Counted from the first letter of the stretch, positions 1 to 10,018 are shown. The stretch is 64,000 bases of DNA from Calditrichales bacterium (GCA_965267575.1 OZ254086.1:480001-544000), one strand, 5' to 3'. The notes: generated by a model not told the origin, from the sequence alone. Translations and numbers: made by a program.

Positions 1-28
1 GGGTGATGAAAAGGAGTATGAATCGCAT
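1..28 (-). CDS. 5' end of a probable third gene of the B12 uptake operon (MRFILLFIT..., runs off the window)
   Basis: ATG at 26-28 overlaps the TGA of the upstream gene (TGATG coupling); hydrophobic signal-peptide-like start; only 9 codons visible. Confidence 0.45.
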
Positions 29-1083
29 CAGAGTTGCTCGTTGAACGCGTAGACGAACACGATCTCACCGGGGATAATTCCGGCCTGATACGTATTATGA
101 TCGCTACCGCTCAAACCGTATACGTGCAATATGCCGGCCTGTTGATAATCCAACGGGTCCACTGCAAAAAGCCGATCGCTGACGTCATCCACGGCGATAT
201 CGTAAAAATTGCCGTTGGCTACTACACCGAGCAATGCCAGATTTTGCAGCTTAAAGGCGACAACGGCGCCATCAACAAAGTAATACCCGTTGCCATTGCC
301 AACGGTAAACCCGGAAGGGTGTCCCTCAATAACCAGGGAATCCTGCAAAACATCGGCGGTTGGGTCGATCACAAAAATACCCCCATCCGTATCATCCGAA
401 GGATCGTTAAAATCGCTGCCAAAACTGCCGCCGCACTGCACATAGACCCGCGCCCCAAAATCCTTAATCGCCACCGGGTTATCACCCACGCGGATTGTAG
501 CAATAACCTCGTCCCTGTTTATGTCGATCACCGAAACAGAATTTCCATAACCAAAACCGGAACAAGCCACATACGCCTTACCATTTGTGACGGTCAACTG
601 CTCCGGATTTGCACCCACATCAATCGTGTTGGTTATTTCCAGTGAGTTCAGGTTAACCACAGAAACAGAGTTAGCCGCCAGGTTAGTTACGTATGCCCGG
701 GAAGGACCTACCTGCGCCAGGTACCGCGGACCGCTGCCGGCGGGGAAAACAATCTCGCCCACCTTTTTCCAGTTTTTTACGCTGATCACCTTGATTACAT
801 CCGAGCCGTTGACGCAGATATAACCAAGCGTATCGATGAGGGTCATGCTGTGCACCACATCGCCGAGTTTTTCGCCGTTTACCGCTTCATAAATGTTGTT
901 TTGAATGGTTTTGTTTTCAAAATCATAAAATGAGAGCGAACCGTTATTCTGGCCCCAGGCGCCTTCATTCAGGATAAACGCCCCGCTCAGCGAAGTTACA
1001 ACCCCGCCATTGCTGTCGGTTGGCGATTCACTGCAGGAAAAAACAAAAGCCAGTAAAGCAATTAAAACAATCCGTTTAAACAT
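28..1083 (-). CDS. YncE/DUF5074-type beta-propeller surface lipoprotein, BtuG-like cobalamin-binding candidate
   Basis: Lipobox VFSC; LNEGAWGQNNGSLSFYD motif; repeated propeller blades; directly downstream of a TonB-dependent receptor under a B12 riboswitch. Confidence 0.8.
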   Translation of the reverse strand: MFKRIVLIALLAFVFSCSESPTDSNGGVVTSLSGAFILNEGAWGQNNGSLSFYDFENKTIQNNIYEAVNGEKLGDVVHSMTLIDTLGYICVNGSDVIKVISVKNWKKVGEIVFPAGSGPRYLAQVGPSRAYVTNLAANSVSVVNLNSLEITNTIDVGANPEQLTVTNGKAYVACSGFGYGNSVSVIDINRDEVIATIRVGDNPVAIKDFGARVYVQCGGSFGSDFNDPSDDTDGGIFVIDPTADVLQDSLVIEGHPSGFTVGNGNGYYFVDGAVVAFKLQNLALLGVVANGNFYDIAVDDVSDRLFAVDPLDYQQAGILHVYGLSGSDHNTYQAGIIPGEIVFVYAFNEQL

Positions 1084-1085
1084 GA

Positions 1086-3194
1086 TTAATCTCCTCGTGA
1101 TTGGTCCTGGTATTGTAAAGAAAATTTTAGCGAAAAAGTTTGTCCGGGCATGGGGTAGCCGTTCACCATGGCATAGGCTTCATCAGTGATGTTGCTTGCC
1201 GCGGGTGTGAGACTTACCTGCCAGGGGCCGCCGGAAAAAGCATAGCTGATCCAGGCGTCGAGCGTGGCCTGCGCGTCAAGCACATCGCGCGGGTTATTGT
1301 CCAGGTTGGCGTAACGGAAGCTCATAAACTGCCAGGTTGCTCCGGCGGAAAACGCGCCCCAGGCTGTGCCGGCCTGAAGCGAATATTGATGTTTCGGCAC
1401 CAGGGGCAGCATGTTGCCGGCCGTCTGGTCCCCGCTGAAGTCACTGCTGGTTTTGCGGGCGTTCGTAAAGCTGTAGGCGCCTCTCAGCATGTGGCGATTG
1501 TTTTTGTCGCTGAGCGTGACGGCTGTTTCCAGCCCCTCGCTTTTTATGCGGGTCAGATTGCGTGGACTCCAGACGCTCCCCTGCGGCAGCCAGCGGATAT
1601 TGTCTTTAACGCGGGTGTTGTAATAGACCGCGTTCCAGGCCAGGCGAAAAAATCCACCAACGTGATCACCCTGCAGTCCGGCTTCAAAGCTTTGCGACTT
1701 TTCCGGGGTCAAACCGGGGTTACCGCCCGGCTGCCAGTAGAGCGCGTTGAAATTGGGCTGGCGGAAATTGCGGCCCCACGATGCCCAGGCACTGAAATCG
1801 CCGTGAGAAAGATTAAGACCCGCGCCCGGCAGTAAAACCGCTTCGCCGGGTTGGGCCGTTTGCAGCCGCGCGGAAAGCTGGCTACTAAGTGCAGTGTGGC
1901 CGGATGCGGATTGCCAGAGCCGGGTACTGGCCAATAGGTAAACAGCCTGTACATCGCGTTGATGTTTCCCCGCCTCGCTGCTGCGGATATGTTGACGTAT
2001 AATTTCGCTGCCCCCGAGAAGAAGCAGGCGCGGGTGCAGCGCAAAACGTCCGCGTAAAAGCAAACCGCTTTCGCTGTTAAAATGCAGGCTGTTTATTGCA
2101 AAAACGGGGGCGCGGTAGTTCTGCCACTCGTTGCGGCGGTAAATCTGCCCGCTGACCTGCCCTGTTTCAAAATTGGCATCAAATCGCAGGCGGCTAAGGG
2201 TTTGGTCCTCTTCGCGGCGCGAACGGTTGGCTAGCTCGGAATTAAAGCCAGTGAAAGGCTTTGGTGAGCCGCCGTCGAAAACATGCTGTCGCACAAGCAG
2301 ATTGGCACGGATATTTCCGATTAAACCAAAATCGTATTGCCCCATCAGGATGCGGCGGAAGAAATCGCGGTTTTGCAGCTTTACATTTCCGCCGGGCGGG
2401 GTGTAGTTGTTTTGAGCGCCATCCCACGTACCCTGAAAAGCCAGGCCGCCATAAGCAACAGGCGCCGAGGCGCTGACACCGTGCCGAAGGCGTTCGAAGC
2501 TACCCAGGGTTGCGTCGTATTTCACCCGCGCACTTTCACCCGGACGTAGCGGACGGATATTGATGTTGCCACCGATGCTGCCGCTTCCGCCGAATAATGC
2601 TGAGCCTACACGGTAGATGTCCCACTCGCCGCGGGTGGCCAGCCCGCCAAAATCGTAGCTGCCCAGTTGCGGACTGTTAAGAGGAATGCCATCAAAAAGG
2701 AATTGCGTCTGTTCAGCGCCAAGACCGCGCAGGGCGATTTGCTGAAGCTGGCCTGCGGCCCCGTAGGATTTTACCAGGATACCTTCCTGCCGTTGCAGCA
2801 GTTGCGCCGGCTCAAGTGGTTCAGATGTGGTTTCGGGTGTCAATACGCTGAGTGAAGATGGCAGCAGCAGGCGCGCCGGTGAATCATCCTTACCGCTAAC
2901 ACTGATTTCGGCTGCCTGCTCTACAGGCTGCAAGTAAACGCGGCTGTCGTCACGCGGTGTTATCGTAATCGCAAAATAGCCGGGCGCCGATATTTCCCAC
3001 TCGCCTGTGGTATTGCGAAAAATGATCTGACCGGCGCTATTTGCCCGCAACGAATCCGCACCTCTTTCAGCAAAAGCCTGCGGCAGCGGCCGCTCATTCC
3101 AGGCATCATACACACGGACGCTGATGGTTTGGGCCTGCAACGTAAAAACAATCGTAAAAAAAAGAAAAAGCACCTGCCTAAAGATACAAAACAC
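1086..3194 (-). CDS. btuB: TonB-dependent receptor, cobalamin transporter-like
   Basis: Plug motifs (LRGLGAEQTQFLFDGIPLN, SALFGGSGSIGGNINI), FRQPNFNALYW and GNPGLTPEKS barrel motifs; cobalamin riboswitch upstream; GTG start with GGAGG SD. Confidence 0.85.
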   Translation of the reverse strand: MFCIFRQVLFLFFTIVFTLQAQTISVRVYDAWNERPLPQAFAERGADSLRANSAGQIIFRNTTGEWEISAPGYFAITITPRDDSRVYLQPVEQAAEISVSGKDDSPARLLLPSSLSVLTPETTSEPLEPAQLLQRQEGILVKSYGAAGQLQQIALRGLGAEQTQFLFDGIPLNSPQLGSYDFGGLATRGEWDIYRVGSALFGGSGSIGGNINIRPLRPGESARVKYDATLGSFERLRHGVSASAPVAYGGLAFQGTWDGAQNNYTPPGGNVKLQNRDFFRRILMGQYDFGLIGNIRANLLVRQHVFDGGSPKPFTGFNSELANRSRREEDQTLSRLRFDANFETGQVSGQIYRRNEWQNYRAPVFAINSLHFNSESGLLLRGRFALHPRLLLLGGSEIIRQHIRSSEAGKHQRDVQAVYLLASTRLWQSASGHTALSSQLSARLQTAQPGEAVLLPGAGLNLSHGDFSAWASWGRNFRQPNFNALYWQPGGNPGLTPEKSQSFEAGLQGDHVGGFFRLAWNAVYYNTRVKDNIRWLPQGSVWSPRNLTRIKSEGLETAVTLSDKNNRHMLRGAYSFTNARKTSSDFSGDQTAGNMLPLVPKHQYSLQAGTAWGAFSAGATWQFMSFRYANLDNNPRDVLDAQATLDAWISYAFSGGPWQVSLTPAASNITDEAYAMVNGYPMPGQTFSLKFSLQYQDQSRGD

Positions 3195-3324
3195 CGGTTC
3201 CTCCGCAGCTATGGCGGAAGGGACGGATGACGTATGTGACAGGCAGATTGGGTCGGCTAAAAGGCCTGAGCAGAATGCGGGTCATGATCCGGTTCCTCCC
3301 ACGAGAACGTTTTGTGGATGCGTC

Positions 3325-3475
3325 TTGCGGCCGGTCTCCTGACTTATGCGTCGTCCTACTTGCCCGCCTTCCCGTCTCCTGACAGTGGCATGTGTGGGCT
3401 TTCGTCGGCAATTACAGTTGCGGGGCAGTGGCGGATTTTCACCGCGCTTCCCGTCACCAACAAGCGTTTGGTTTA
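3325..3475 (-). ncRNA. Cobalamin (AdoCbl) riboswitch
   Basis: Minus strand reads GGGAAGCGCGGTGAAAATCCGCCACTGCCCCGCAACTGT...GCCACTG...GGGAAGG...AGTCAGGAGACC, the canonical B12-element motifs, upstream of btuB. Confidence 0.95.
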
Positions 3476-3490
3476 ATTAAAAGCTATCCG

Positions 3491-3522
3491 CAAATTTAAG
3501 GGGCCCGATGCCCGGGTACAAA
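3491..3522 (-). promoter_or_regulatory. Bacteroidota-type promoter (TTTG-N20-TAAATTTG) for the riboswitch/btuB operon
   Basis: Exact match to the -33 TTTG / -7 TAnnTTTG consensus just 5' of the riboswitch. Confidence 0.65.
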
Positions 3523-3586
3523 TGAAAATTTTGATTACCGCGTAAAGGCACATTATCAGTGCTGCGCGCAAAACTGTACAACAAAT

Positions 3587-4189
3587 ATGCGTTTACAACG
3601 ATCGTTTTATTGCCGCGATGATGTGGAATTGATTGCCCGTGAGTTGCTGGGCAAGATGCTGGTCACGGAGTTTGACGGTGTCCGGACATCCGGACGCATT
3701 GTGGAAACTGAAGCCTATGCCGGTAAAACGGACCGCGCATCGCATGCCTGGAACGGAAGGCGCACAAAGCGCACGGAGATTATGTATTGTGAAGGCGGCA
3801 CCGCCTACGTTTACCTTATTTACGGTATCTATGCCCTGTTTAACGTGGTAACTAATAAAAAGGATATCCCCTACGCTGTGCTGGTGCGCGGGCTGGAACC
3901 GCTCCAGGGCATTGATGTGATGTTGCGGCGCCGCGGCCACGAAAAACTGACGCCCAAGCTGAGCGCCGGACCCGGCACGCTGACAATCGCCCTGGGCATA
4001 ACAACAACACACCACGGTATTTCGCTACTGGGCAACAGCCCCATCTGGCTGGAAGATGACGGACATGAAGTTGATGCCGAAGACATTGCTGCCGGCCCGC
4101 GCATTGGCGTGGACTACGCCGGAAAAGACGCTCTGCTGCACCGCCGCTTTTGGGTAAAAGGAAACAGGTTTGTGAGTAAGGGGAAGTAA
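3587..4189 (+). CDS. mpg: 3-methyladenine DNA glycosylase (AAG/MPG family)
   Basis: GRIVETEAY, YVYLIYG, AVLVRGLEP, GPGTL, GPRIGV motifs. Confidence 0.95.
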   Translation: MRLQRSFYCRDDVELIARELLGKMLVTEFDGVRTSGRIVETEAYAGKTDRASHAWNGRRTKRTEIMYCEGGTAYVYLIYGIYALFNVVTNKKDIPYAVLVRGLEPLQGIDVMLRRRGHEKLTPKLSAGPGTLTIALGITTTHHGISLLGNSPIWLEDDGHEVDAEDIAAGPRIGVDYAGKDALLHRRFWVKGNRFVSKGK

Positions 4190-4280
4190 GTCTGATGACC
4201 TAAAACGTTTTAGTAGTTTCCTTGTTATATTTGTCTTTACCGCAAACGAACGGCCATTAACCATTATAAACCCGCCAAAA

Positions 4281-4700
4281 TTAATTTTGCTGTTCAGCAG
4301 GGATCACAATATCATCATACCTATACCAATTACCGGTATACGCATCTACAAATGCAGGGTATAGACCAAAAACTGTATCCAGGACGAGCATGAACGGCTC
4401 AATCTTACCATGCAATTCAAAAATCTCTTTTTTGCCGCCATATTTCAAGACAAGAATATGATTCTCTTTGGCGCGCAGATTTATTTTAGCCGTTACCGTA
4501 GCTTTTTCTTTGCCGGTATAGGGTTCTTTAAATGATAAGCTTTCTCTTTGAACGGGAATAGCTACCCCTTCATAAGTTTCAACCGATAAATCCTTTGGCG
4601 CGTTAACAATCTCTACTTCTTTTTGATAGCCATGGATGATTGTTGCACAGCTGCCACAAGAGAAAACGACGATGAGCATACCTGTAAATATCCGTATCAT
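4281..4700 (-). CDS. Hypothetical lipoprotein (AT-rich)
   Basis: SCATII lipoprotein N-terminus; C-terminal FVDAYTGNWY; SD AGGAG. Confidence 0.75.
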   Translation of the reverse strand: MIRIFTGMLIVVFSCGSCATIIHGYQKEVEIVNAPKDLSVETYEGVAIPVQRESLSFKEPYTGKEKATVTAKINLRAKENHILVLKYGGKKEIFELHGKIEPFMLVLDTVFGLYPAFVDAYTGNWYRYDDIVIPAEQQN

Positions 4701-4720
4701 TTCATTGACTCCTTTTAAAT

Positions 4721-6100
4721 TTAGCGCCTGCTGATGGCCTGCGGGTTCTCTGCTACAAATACGCGGTAGCCCCAGGGCTCCAAATCAAAATCTTTCGATT
4801 GCCCCATCACCAGCGCCACATTGCTGAACATTTCCGTATAGGCACCCTCCAGCCAGGGCGATTCCATAACCAGCTGACGCCGTTCACCGCTCAGGTTCAA
4901 CACAACGACAATCTTATCGTTCTCATGAACGCGAGCATAGGCGTAAACAGCCTCGTCACTTTCAGGCGAAATTTTGTGCATCTCGCCCCGGTACAATGCC
5001 GGATGCTGCCGATAGAGGTTGAACAGCTTGCTGTAAAATGGCCGCCACGTTTCACCATCGCTCCAGTCAATGGGATCCTTTTCAAAGAACTCCAGTCGCT
5101 TCTGCATACCCGCTTCCTGGCCGCTGTAAAGTAATGGCTTGCCGGGCAGTGTACTGTACAAGACGGCAAATGCCTTTAAGCCCTCGCCGTAAAGCTCAAA
5201 AACGGTTCCGTGCCAGGAATTCTCATCGTGGTTGGTAAGAAAACGCATGCGATAGGCATTTTCCGGGTATAGCTTTTTTTCTTTCATCAACAGGGAATCA
5301 ATGCTGCCAGCCTGCTTTTCCCCGGCATAAATAGCCCTCATTGTATGATACAATTCCCAGCTGTAGGTCATGTCAAAGGCGCGGTTGTGCATATATGCGG
5401 CTTCAGATTCTGCAAGCATAAAAACCGGTTTGATCGCATCCAACTCACGGCGCGCCTGGTCCCAGAAATCAATCGGTACAAGCTCCGCCACGTCACAGCG
5501 GTAGCCGTCTATGTCAAATTCGCGCACCCAGTATTTCAGGGCGTCCAGCATAAAGCGGCGCATCTCCAGGTTGTCATAGTTTAAATCGATAACGTCGGTC
5601 CAGTTTTTATTAGGCGGGACAAAATTTCCCTGGTCATCACGGTTAAACCACTCCGGGTGCGTTTCGGTAAGCCCGATATCCCACGCGCTGTGGTTGGCCA
5701 CCCAATCTATAATCACATACATCCCCCTGGCATGGATTGCATTCACCAGGTCGCGGAAATCCTGTTCCGTGCCGTACTCCGGGTTTACGGCCAGATAATC
5801 CTTTACCGAATAGGGGCTTCCCAGCGTGCCTTTGCGGTTTTTCTCGCCGATGGGATGGATCGGCATAAGCCAGATGAGTCCCACGCCCAGATCGGCAATC
5901 TCATCGAGTCGCTGTTCCACAGCTTTAAAGGTGCCCTCTTCGGAAAACTGCCGTATATTCAACTCGTAGATCGTAACGTTCTTGCTCCACTGCGGATGCT
6001 GAACAACGGAAACCGGCTTGCGGATCTCCTTCTCCTCGCGCCCGCAGGCAATAAACAGGCTAAAAACGGCAATTAAAATTAAGGCTTTGCGCAAATACAT
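4721..6100 (-). CDS. GH13 alpha-amylase-family lipoprotein
   Basis: Lipobox IAC; DWVANH, DGYRCDVA, LAESE, NHDE catalytic regions. Confidence 0.92.
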   Translation of the reverse strand: MYLRKALILIAVFSLFIACGREEKEIRKPVSVVQHPQWSKNVTIYELNIRQFSEEGTFKAVEQRLDEIADLGVGLIWLMPIHPIGEKNRKGTLGSPYSVKDYLAVNPEYGTEQDFRDLVNAIHARGMYVIIDWVANHSAWDIGLTETHPEWFNRDDQGNFVPPNKNWTDVIDLNYDNLEMRRFMLDALKYWVREFDIDGYRCDVAELVPIDFWDQARRELDAIKPVFMLAESEAAYMHNRAFDMTYSWELYHTMRAIYAGEKQAGSIDSLLMKEKKLYPENAYRMRFLTNHDENSWHGTVFELYGEGLKAFAVLYSTLPGKPLLYSGQEAGMQKRLEFFEKDPIDWSDGETWRPFYSKLFNLYRQHPALYRGEMHKISPESDEAVYAYARVHENDKIVVVLNLSGERRQLVMESPWLEGAYTEMFSNVALVMGQSKDFDLEPWGYRVFVAENPQAISRR

Positions 6101-6268
6101 TCTTACCTCGCTGGATTCGTGATCAAATTGTTACGGGACCGACTCGCTCCGGTGATACGGCGCTGTAACGGTCACCGGCAGTTGGCATCAAATCGATGTC
6201 TTTGAAAATAAAAGAAAAGAGAAATCTAAAAAAATAAATCGATTGCACTTATGGAAAAGGAGCATAAA

Positions 6269-7201
6269 ATGTCAGAAGCAAAACATTACAAAGTCATCAT
6301 TCTTGGTTCCGGGCCTGCCGGCTTAACCGCCGCTCTTTATGCCGCCCGCGCCGACCTGAGTCCGCTGATACTGGAAGGCCACCAGCCCGGCGGCCAGCTC
6401 ACCATCACCACCGACGTGGAAAATTATCCCGGTTTCCCCGACGGTATCATGGGACCACAGCTGATGGAGGATATGCGCAAGCAGGCGCAGCGTTTTGGCG
6501 CGGAAACCAAGTTCGAAATGGGTACGGTCGTCGACCTGAAAAAACGACCTTTCTACGTAAAAGCCGAAAGCGGCGAGTACACCGCGGACGCGCTGATCAT
6601 TGCAACGGGCGCTTCTGCGCGGTTGTTGGGGCTGGAATCGGAATCCAAGCTTATGGGGCACGGGGTATCCGCCTGCGCCACCTGTGACGGATTCTTCTTC
6701 CGCGACAAGGAAGTTATTGTTGTCGGCGGGGGCGATTCGGCCATGGAAGAAGCAACATTTTTAACCAAATTTGCCAGCAAAGTTACCATCGTACACCGCC
6801 GTGAGGAATTCCGCGCGTCGAAGATCATGCTGCAGAAAGCCGAAAAAAATCAGAAAATACATTGGCTAACAAATAAAGTGGTAGAAGAAATTTTAGGGGA
6901 TGGCTTGGTAACCGGTGTTCGCTTAAAAGATACAAACAGCGGTGAAACCATTGACATGAAGGCAGACGGCGTATTTATGGCCATCGGTCACGTGCCCAAC
7001 ACCAAGGTATTTAAAGGCCAGCTCAAAATGGATGAAAACGGCTACCTGATCACCGATGCCAAAAGCAGCAAAACAGAGATACCCGGTGTTTTTGCCTGCG
7101 GCGACGTGCAGGACCATGAATACCGTCAGGCCGTAACCGCGGCCGGTAGCGGCTGCATGGCGGCCATCGATGCCGAGCGCTATCTGGGCAGTTTGGAGTA
7201 A
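6269..7201 (+). CDS. trxB: Thioredoxin-disulfide reductase
   Basis: GSGPAG, CATCDG redox motif, [20 protein letters not shown]; start moved to the ATG at 6269 following AAGGAG. Confidence 0.97.
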   Translation: MSEAKHYKVIILGSGPAGLTAALYAARADLSPLILEGHQPGGQLTITTDVENYPGFPDGIMGPQLMEDMRKQAQRFGAETKFEMGTVVDLKKRPFYVKAESGEYTADALIIATGASARLLGLESESKLMGHGVSACATCDGFFFRDKEVIVVGGGDSAMEEATFLTKFASKVTIVHRREEFRASKIMLQKAEKNQKIHWLTNKVVEEILGDGLVTGVRLKDTNSGETIDMKADGVFMAIGHVPNTKVFKGQLKMDENGYLITDAKSSKTEIPGVFACGDVQDHEYRQAVTAAGSGCMAAIDAERYLGSLE

Positions 7202-7267
7202 CCCTTTGCGGCTTAAGGCAAGTCAGGCCTGCCTTTAAATAAATCAGATCATGATAGTGCTTATAAG

Positions 7268-7302
7268 AAAGCCCTTCCTTAAAAAACGGAAGGGCTTTTT
7301 TT
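7268..7302. terminator. Intrinsic (probably bidirectional) terminator
   Basis: AAAGCCCTTCC-loop-GGAAGGGCTTTTTTT between convergent genes. Confidence 0.8.
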
Positions 7303-7325
7303 ATAGATTTCAATCCGGGTCAGCC

Positions 7326-7634
7326 TTAGCTGAAATCCACGTTGCGGATGGTATAATGCGCCATCACTATGCTATCCGGATCGATAAGCACGCCAAAGGC
7401 CTGGCCCTCGGGTAGCGACATAATTTTGTCGGCGGCGGCTTTGGCCTGCTCCATGCTCTCCCAGATCACCACATCGAGCCATTCGCCGTCCTCGTGCTGC
7501 GCCAGGTAGCGCGCCTTGTAACCACCCATCTCTTTCAGGATGGGATTAAGTGCCTCGGCACGATAGACAAACATATTTTCATCGCTTTGCGGTGCCAGCT
7601 TAAAGCGCACCAATTCCACGACGTTTTTGCTCAT
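7326..7634 (-). CDS. ABM-like dimeric alpha/beta-barrel protein
   Basis: VELVRFKL...GYKARYL...WLDVVIWESMEQAKAA pattern. Confidence 0.7.
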   Translation of the reverse strand: MSKNVVELVRFKLAPQSDENMFVYRAEALNPILKEMGGYKARYLAQHEDGEWLDVVIWESMEQAKAAADKIMSLPEGQAFGVLIDPDSIVMAHYTIRNVDFS

Positions 7635-7696
7635 TCCATGTTCTCCGTTTTATTTAAATACCTCAATCCAATAATTCTACAATCCGCCAATTCAAT

Positions 7697-8167
7697 CTAC
7701 ATGTACGGCATTGGTGGCACCTTGCCCAACAGCCGCGTATAAGTGGCCAGCGAACCGCGGTGATGCGCCGTGTGCTCCACGATCGCGCCAATAATCCCGA
7801 AGCGCGGCAAACCGCCCATCACAGGGCCTTGCGGCAGCGGCGCCATCCAATCTTCCTCACTCATATCGCGAATCATGGAACGGGCGCGGTCAAAGGCTTC
7901 CTTCAGTTCGCCGCGTGATTTTTTAAGCGAATTGGCATTATGCAGAATGGCTTCATGTTTTTCGAAATCCATATCAAAGCCGTCGGGACTAAAGGCGCCG
8001 TCCAGGTACCAGTGGATGGTTCCGGCGATGTGCTTTACCTGCTGCGCGGCGCTGTACATCTCTTCCTTGGGGCGAAAATTGGAATCATCTTCAGCAAGCA
8101 TTTTGCTGCTGTTATTAAAAAACTGTTCGCTCACATCGAGCTCGGCAATAAGTTGCTGCTTTAACAT
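7697..8167 (-). CDS. DinB family protein
   Basis: His motifs KHIA and EHTAHHRGSLATYTRLLGKVPP. Confidence 0.9.
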   Translation of the reverse strand: MLKQQLIAELDVSEQFFNNSSKMLAEDDSNFRPKEEMYSAAQQVKHIAGTIHWYLDGAFSPDGFDMDFEKHEAILHNANSLKKSRGELKEAFDRARSMIRDMSEEDWMAPLPQGPVMGGLPRFGIIGAIVEHTAHHRGSLATYTRLLGKVPPMPYM

Positions 8168-8199
8168 AATTTGCTCCTATGGTTTGTGGTTGCAGAGAG

Positions 8200-8232
8200 A
8201 TTATACGGGAGGGGGGTGACAACCCTATGTCA
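8200..8232 (-). promoter_or_regulatory. Putative WYL-regulator operator TGACA-N6-TGTCA plus -10 TATAAT upstream of the DinB gene
   Basis: Perfect inverted repeat at 8217-8232, 11 nt upstream of TATAAT (8200-8205, minus strand); WYL gene nearby. Confidence 0.7.
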
Positions 8233-8356
8233 GCAGGAAATAGAATATTTGAAAATTGCGAGGAAGACTAACGCTTTTCTTTATCTTAATCTTTCTCTTA
8301 TTCATAATCTTCACTGCAGTAAAGGGCAAACACAGGAGTCTGCGCCAACTGTCACG

Positions 8357-8710
8357 CTAGAGCAGCGTTTTGGCCAGCAGCCACAAAACCGCGATGGTGG
8401 TAAGGGCCGTTAAAAAGGGCACAACCAGGGGCAGTAATTTTGGTGGCACCCATAAATCAAAAAAACCTTTGTCGTCTCCATAACGCTCGTGCAAAAACGC
8501 CAACGGACAGCGCCCGCCGTTAAGCGCCATGGCCGCACCTTCAGCAATCAAAAGTATCACGGCAGCCCATACCGTCCAATCCGTCCGTCCCGCAATCAGC
8601 GCATAATAGAGGTAGCCAATAAGGAAGATAAAGAAAACGGCAAAGATGCCGTGCAGCGTGCGCACCACATAAATGGCGCGCTTATTTCGCGGGCTGTTCA
8701 TAGCTGACAT
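8357..8710 (-). CDS. Small membrane protein (DUF2784-like)
   Basis: Three hydrophobic helices, GRCPL motif. Confidence 0.65.
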   Translation of the reverse strand: MSAMNSPRNKRAIYVVRTLHGIFAVFFIFLIGYLYYALIAGRTDWTVWAAVILLIAEGAAMALNGGRCPLAFLHERYGDDKGFFDLWVPPKLLPLVVPFLTALTTIAVLWLLAKTLL

Positions 8711-9650
8711 TTCGAGTGTGGTGCATGTAAGTTTTCATGGCTTCGGCGGCCAGCATATCGCGCAGTTCGGCGGGCTCCTGCACCACCACGGCGTCACGAA
8801 AGGCCAGCAGCCAGGGCATTATCCACTTCAGGTCGCCAACGATAAAAAGCATCTCCACACCGTTGAGCCCCTCTTTCTCCTCCATCAGGCCGTAGCTATA
8901 TTTATCGCGGATAATCGGCGCTACCTGGCGCATCACCCACAGGCGCACTTCGCGGGCATCTTCCATGCGCTCAAACTCCTTCAGGTAATCGACGATTGAA
9001 AAATCGGGGCGCTTGCGGAAGGTGTGGTCGGTTGTGCGCAGACGTTTGATACGATCACTGCGAAAATCGCGGTAATCCGTGCGCAGGCGGCACCAGGCAA
9101 TCAGGTGCCAGTGATCGGAGTAAAAAACCAGTCCCAACGGCTCCACGTAGCGCTGTGTGGTTTTATCGCTGGAAGGCGTGTAATAATCGATGTCCAGGAC
9201 ATGGTGCGAGACAACCGCTTTTTGGATTTCGGCCAGGTGCGCTGGGGCGTCATCCTGTTCAAAACGGTTAAACAGCGCGGTGCGATTGGATAGCTGCTCG
9301 ATGAAGCTGCGCGTCTCTTCCGGCAACACCGAGCGAATCTTGAGCAGTGCCTCATGGGCGTGCTTTTTCAACGAATCGTCGGTCATTTTGTCCACGAACT
9401 GCGCGCCCATAAACAGCGCCGAGGCTTCTTCAGCTGTAAACATCACCGGCGGCAGATGATAGCCCTCCACCAGGCTGTAGCCTTCCCCCGCTTCCGCGGC
9501 CACCGGCACGCCGGCTTCACTCAAGGCGCCCATATCGCGGTACACCGTGCGCAGGGATATATTAAAATGCCGGGCAATCTCGCGACCCGTTACGCGCTTT
9601 TTGGCCTGCAGCATCACGATCATCGCCACCAGGCGGTCTACTCTGTTCAT
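8682..9650 (-). CDS. YafY-family HTH_11-WYL-WCX transcriptional regulator
   Basis: SLRTVYRDM HTH, GEGYSL, WHLIAWCRLRTDYRDFRSDRI WYL motif. Confidence 0.95.
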   Translation of the reverse strand: MNRVDRLVAMIVMLQAKKRVTGREIARHFNISLRTVYRDMGALSEAGVPVAAEAGEGYSLVEGYHLPPVMFTAEEASALFMGAQFVDKMTDDSLKKHAHEALLKIRSVLPEETRSFIEQLSNRTALFNRFEQDDAPAHLAEIQKAVVSHHVLDIDYYTPSSDKTTQRYVEPLGLVFYSDHWHLIAWCRLRTDYRDFRSDRIKRLRTTDHTFRKRPDFSIVDYLKEFERMEDAREVRLWVMRQVAPIIRDKYSYGLMEEKEGLNGVEMLFIVGDLKWIMPWLLAFRDAVVVQEPAELRDMLAAEAMKTYMHHTRNVSYEQPAK

Positions 9651-9655
9651 GGAGT

Positions 9656-9724
9656 GTGTTAGAGTGCTTGTGTGTTAAAGTGTTATTGTGCTCTCATCAA
9701 GATCATGGTCCTGCCATGATCTCG
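9656..9724. repeat. GTGTTAnn octamer array followed by a degenerate GATC hexamer array
   Basis: GTGTTAGA GTGCTTGT GTGTTAAA GTGTTATT, then ATCAAG ATCATG GTCCTG. Confidence 0.6.
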
Positions 9725-9754
9725 CTTGAAAGATATTAATCAAGGTATTCGAAG

Positions 9755-10018
9755 TTACCTGGATTTAAGCGGGTATTTTTCGGGATGCCTGATAATTTTT
9801 AGACTCAAATCCACATCAATATCGGGCCAAAAAAAATGTCCTGGAGAAACCTCTTCGACTTTTATGATAGCACTAACCGGTTTTTCCTTAAACCAGGGAA
9901 AATCTTCATATGATAAAAAATACTCTTTGTTATTGTGTAGCAACCAAATCCCATGAGAAGAAATATTGGTTACCTCAGTGGTCGAAGTGCTGACGCCATG
10001 CTTCAATAAGTCTGTCAT
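9755..10018 (-). CDS. DUF2442 family protein (putative antitoxin)
   Basis: FLSYEDFPWF...WPDIDVDLS motif; overlaps DUF4160 gene. Confidence 0.85.
   Translation of the reverse strand: MTDLLKHGVSTSTTEVTNISSHGIWLLHNNKEYFLSYEDFPWFKEKPVSAIIKVEEVSPGHFFWPDIDVDLSLKIIRHPEKYPLKSR

Noticed and set aside
7697-8167. DNA polymerase IV (dinB)
   Set aside because: 156-aa four-helix DinB/YfiT-like metalloprotein, unrelated to Pol IV
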